This document shows, in pieces, positions 60,101 through 64,000 of a stretch of 64,000 nt of DNA. The stretch lies in NCBI GenBank assembly GCA_030390025.1, contig JASTWF010000110.1, forward strand, positions 496,001 to 560,000, given 5' to 3'. A program made the position numbers and the translations under genes. Numbering within the stretch: position 1 is the first letter of the stretch; every line of letters starts with the position of its first letter. This DNA comes from Squalus acanthias. Taxonomy: Eukaryota. Under the pieces are notes generated by a model, which was not told the DNA's origin, did no database searches, and saw only the letters and a list, made by a program, of their open reading frames with translations.

Positions 60101-63100
60101 AGTTTGTGTTATGGAGTGAGGGGACAGTTTGTGTTATGGAGTGAGGGGACAGTTTGTGTTATGGAGTGAGGGGACAGTTTGTGTTGTGGAGTGAGGGGAC
60201 AGTTTGTGTTATGGAGTGAGGGGACTGTATGTGTTATGGAGTGAGGGATCAGTTTGTGTTATGGAGTGAGGGGACAGTTTGTGTTATGGAGTGAGGGGAC
60301 AGTTTGTGTTGTGGAGTGAGGGGACAGTTTGTGTTATGGAGTGAGGGGACTGTATGTGTTATGGAGTGAGGGATCAGTTTGTGTTATGGAGTGAGGGGAC
60401 AGTTTGTGTTATGGAGTGAGGGGACAGGTTGTGCTATGGAGTGAGGGGACAGTTTGTGTTGTGGAGTGAGGGGACAGTTTGTGTTATGGAGTGAGGGGAC
60501 AGTTTGTGTTATGGAGTGAGGGGACAGTTTGTGTTGAGGAGTGAGGGGACAGTTTGTGTTATGGAGTGAGGGGACAGTTTGTGTTATGGAGTGAGGGGAG
60601 TGTTTGTGTTATAGAGTGAGGGCTCAGTTTGTGTTATGGAGTGAGGGGAGTGTTTGTGTTATGGAGTGAGGGATCAGTTTGTGTTATGGAGTGAAGGGGA
60701 TAGTTGGTGTTATGGAGTGAGGGGACAGTTTGTGTTGTGGAGTGAGGGGAGTGTTTGTGTTATGGAGTGAGGGCTCAGTTTGTGTTATGGAGTGAGGGGA
60801 GTGTTGGTGTTATGGAGTGAGGGGATAGTTTGTGTTATGGAGTGAGGGGACAGTTTGTGTTATGGAGTGAGGGGACAGTATGTGTTATGGAGTGAGGGGA
60901 GTGTTTGTGTTATGGAGTGAGGGGACAGTTTGTGTTGTGGAGTGAGGGATCAGTTTGTGTTATGGAGTGAAGGGGCTAGTTGGTGTTATGGAGTGATGGG
61001 ACAGTTTGTTTTATGGAGTGAGGGGACAGTTTGTGTTATGGAGTGAGGGGACAGTTTGTGTTATGGAGTGAGGGGAGTGTTTGTGTTATGGAGTGAGGGA
61101 TCAGTTTGTGTTATGGAGTGAAGGGGCTAGTTGGTGTAATGGAGTGAGGCGACAGTTTGTGTTATGGAGTGAGGGGACAGTTTGTGTTATGGAGTGAGGG
61201 GACAGTTTGTGTTATGGAGTGAGGGATCAGTTTGTGTTATGGAGTGAAGGATCAGTTTGTGTTATGGAGTGAGGGGACAGTTTGTGTTATGGAGTGAGGG
61301 ATCAGTTTGTGTTATGGAGTGAGGGATCAGTTTGTGTTATGGAGTGAGGGGACAGTTTGTGTTGTGGAGTGAGGGGACAGTTTGTTTTATGGAGTGAGGG
61401 GACAGTTTGTGTTATGGAGTGAGGGGATAGTTTGTGTTATGGAGTGAGGGATCAGTTTGTGTTGTGGAGTGAGGGGACAGTTTGTCTTATGGAGTGAGGG
61501 ATCCGTTTGTGTTATGGAGTGAGGGATCAGTTTGTGTTATGGAGTGAGGGGACAGTTTGTGTTATGGAGTAAGAGGACAGTTTGTGTTATGGAGTGAGGG
61601 ATCAGTTTGTGTTATGGAGTGAGGTGACAGTTTGTGTTATGGAGTGAGGGATCAGTTTGTGTTATGGAGTGAGGGGACAGTTTGTGTTATGGAGTGAGGG
61701 GACAGTTGGTGTTATGGAGTGAGGGGACTGTATGTGTTATGGAGTGAGGGGACAGTTTGTGTTATGGAGTGAGGGGACTGTATGTGTTATGGAGTGAGGG
61801 ATCAGTTTGTGTTATGGAGTGAGGGGACAGTTTGTGTTATGGAGTGAGGGGACAGTTTGTGTTGTGGAGTGAGGGGACAGTTTGTGTTATGGAGTGAGGG
61901 GACAGTTTGTGTTATGGAGTGAGGGGAGTGTTTGTGTTATGGAGTGAGGGGACAGTTTGTGTTATGGAGTGAGGGGAGTGTTTGTGTTATGGAGTGAGGG
62001 CTCAGTTTGTGTTATGGAGTGAGGGGAGTGTTTGTGTTATGGAGTGAGGGATCAGTTTGTGTTATGGAGTGAAGGGGATAGTTGGTGTTATGGAGTGAGG
62101 GGACAGTTTGTGTTGTGGAGTGAGGGGAGTGTTTGTGTTATGGAGTGAGGGCTCAGTTTGTGTTATGGAGTGAGGGGAGTGTTGGTGTTATGGAGTGAGG
62201 AGATAGTTTGTGTTATGGAGTGAGGGGACAGTTTGTGTTATGGAGTGAGGGGACAGTTTGTGTTATGGAGTGAGGGGAGTGTTTGTGTTATGGAGTGAGG
62301 GGACAGTTTGTGTTGTGGAGTGAGGGATCAGTTTGTGTTATGGAGTGAAGGGGCTAGTTGGTGTTCTGGAGTGAGGGGACAGTTTGTTTTATGGAGTGAG
62401 GGGACAGTTTGTGTTATGGAGTGAGGGGACAGTTTGTGTTATGGAGTGAGGGGAGTGTTTGTGTTATGGAGTGAGGGATCAGTTTGTGTTATGGAGTGAA
62501 GGGGCTAGTTGGTGTAATGGAGTGAGGGGACAGTTTGTGTTATGGAGTGAGGGGACAGTTTGTGTTATGGAGTGAGGGGATGGTTTGTGTTATGGAGTGA
62601 GGGATCAGTTTGTGTTATGGAGTGAAGGATCAGTTTGTGTTATGGAGTGAGGGGACAGTTTGTGTTATGGAGTGAGGGATCAGTTTGTGTTATGGAGTGA
62701 GGGATCAGTTTGTGTTATGGAGTGAGGGGACAGTTTGTGTTGTGGAGTGAGGGGACAGTTTGTTTTATGGAGTGAGGGGACAGTTTGTGTTATGGAGTGA
62801 GGGGATAGTTTGTGTTATGGAGTGAGGGATCAGTTTGTGTTGTGGAGTGAGGGGACAGTTTGTCTTATGGAGTGAGGGATCAGTTTGTGTTATGGAGTGA
62901 GGGATCAGTTTGTGTTATGGAGTGAGGGGAGTGTTTGTGTTATGGAGTGAGGGCTCAGTTTGTGTTATGGAGTGAGGGGAGTGTTTGTGTTATGGAGTGA
63001 GGGATCAGTTTGTGTTATGGAGTGAAGGGGATAGTTGGTGTTATGGAGTGAGGGGACAGTTTGTGTTGTGGAGTGAGGGGAGTGTTTGTGTTATGGAGTG

Positions 63101-64000
63101 AGGGCTCAGTTTGTGTTATGGAGTGAGGGGAGTGTTGGTGTTATGGAGTGAGGAGATAGTTTGTGTTATGGAGTGAGGGGACAGTTTGTGTTATGGAGTG
63201 AGGGGACAGTTTGTGTTATGGAGTGAGGGGAGTGTTTGTGTTATGGAGTGAGGGGACAGTTTGTGTTGTGGAGTGAGGGATCAGTTTGTGTTATGGAGTG
63301 AAGGGGCTAGTTGGTGTTCTGGAGTGAGGGGACAGTTTGTTTTATGGAGTGAGGGGACAGTTTGTGTTATGGAGTGAGGGGACAGTTTGTGTTATGGAGT
63401 GAGGGGAGTGTTTGTGTTATGGAGTGAGGGATCAGTTTGTGTTATGGAGTGAAGGGGCTAGTTGGTGTAATGGAGTGAGGGGACAGTTTGTGTTATGGAG
63501 TGAGGGGACAGTTTGTGTTATGGAGTGAGGGGATGGTTTGTGTTATGGAGTGAGGGATCAGTTTGTGTTATGGAGTGAAGGATCAGTTTGTGTTATGGAG
63601 TGAGGGGACAGTTTGTGTTATGGAGTGAGGGATCAGTTTGTGTTATGGAGTGAGGGATCAGTTTGTGTTATGGAGTGAGGGGACAGTTTGTGTTGTGGAG
63701 TGAGGGGACAGTTTGTTTTATGGAGTGAGGGGACAGTTTGTGTTATGGAGTGAGGGGATAGTTTGTGTTATGGAGTGAGGGATCAGTTTGTGTTGTGGAG
63801 TGAGGGGACAGTTTGTCTTATGGAGTGAGGGATCAGTTTGTGTTATGGAGTGAGGGATCAGTTTGTGTTATGGAGTGAGGGGACAGTTTGTGTTATGGAG
63901 TAAGAGGACAGTTTGTGTTATGGAGTGAGGGATCAGTTTGTGTTATGGAGTGAGGGGACAGTTTGTGTTATGGAGTGAGGGATCAGTTTGTGTTATGGAG
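57140..64000. repeat. G-rich minisatellite, 25-bp unit ggagtgaggggacagtttgtgttat, roughly 270 copies, runs off the window end
   Basis: Direct reading; variant units (gggatc, ggggagt, aaggggct) recur in higher-order blocks. Confidence 0.97.

Noticed and set aside
57140-64000. CRISPR-like or telomeric array
   Set aside because: Head-to-tail units with no unique spacers, eukaryotic context, and not TTAGGG.

Overview
Eukaryotic genomic DNA from a cartilaginous fish (shark-type repeats: HE1/V-SINE, Deu-domain SINE, CR1/HER1-like and L2 LINEs, Penelope-like elements). Bases 1-48.9 kb are a tandem and inverted array of 4-6 kb units. Each unit carries a three-exon, all-phase-1 immunoglobulin-superfamily gene: a 73-nt leader exon, a 390-nt V-set exon and a ~164-nt stalk/transmembrane/tail exon, giving ~208 aa. 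The V domain lacks the canonical B- and F-strand cysteines (CD2/SLAM/CEACAM/HEPACAM type) but has an invariant CX10C loop. The TM helix carries an Arg near its outer end (ALLLRVVIF...), and the 7-residue tail has no signalling motif, the signature of adaptor-coupled activating immune receptors. I count 9 V exons: 5 intact genes and 4 pseudogenes, plus an orphan TM exon and an orphan leader exon produced by an inversion. Substitutions cluster on the predicted C/C'/C''/FG face and are shared in mosaic fashion between paralogues. After 49 kb come a 78-bp satellite, a palindromic Penelope element with hammerhead-ribozyme motifs, decayed transposon fragments and >6.8 kb of a 25-bp G-rich minisatellite. 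Family assignment and function are inferred from motifs only; no database search was possible.
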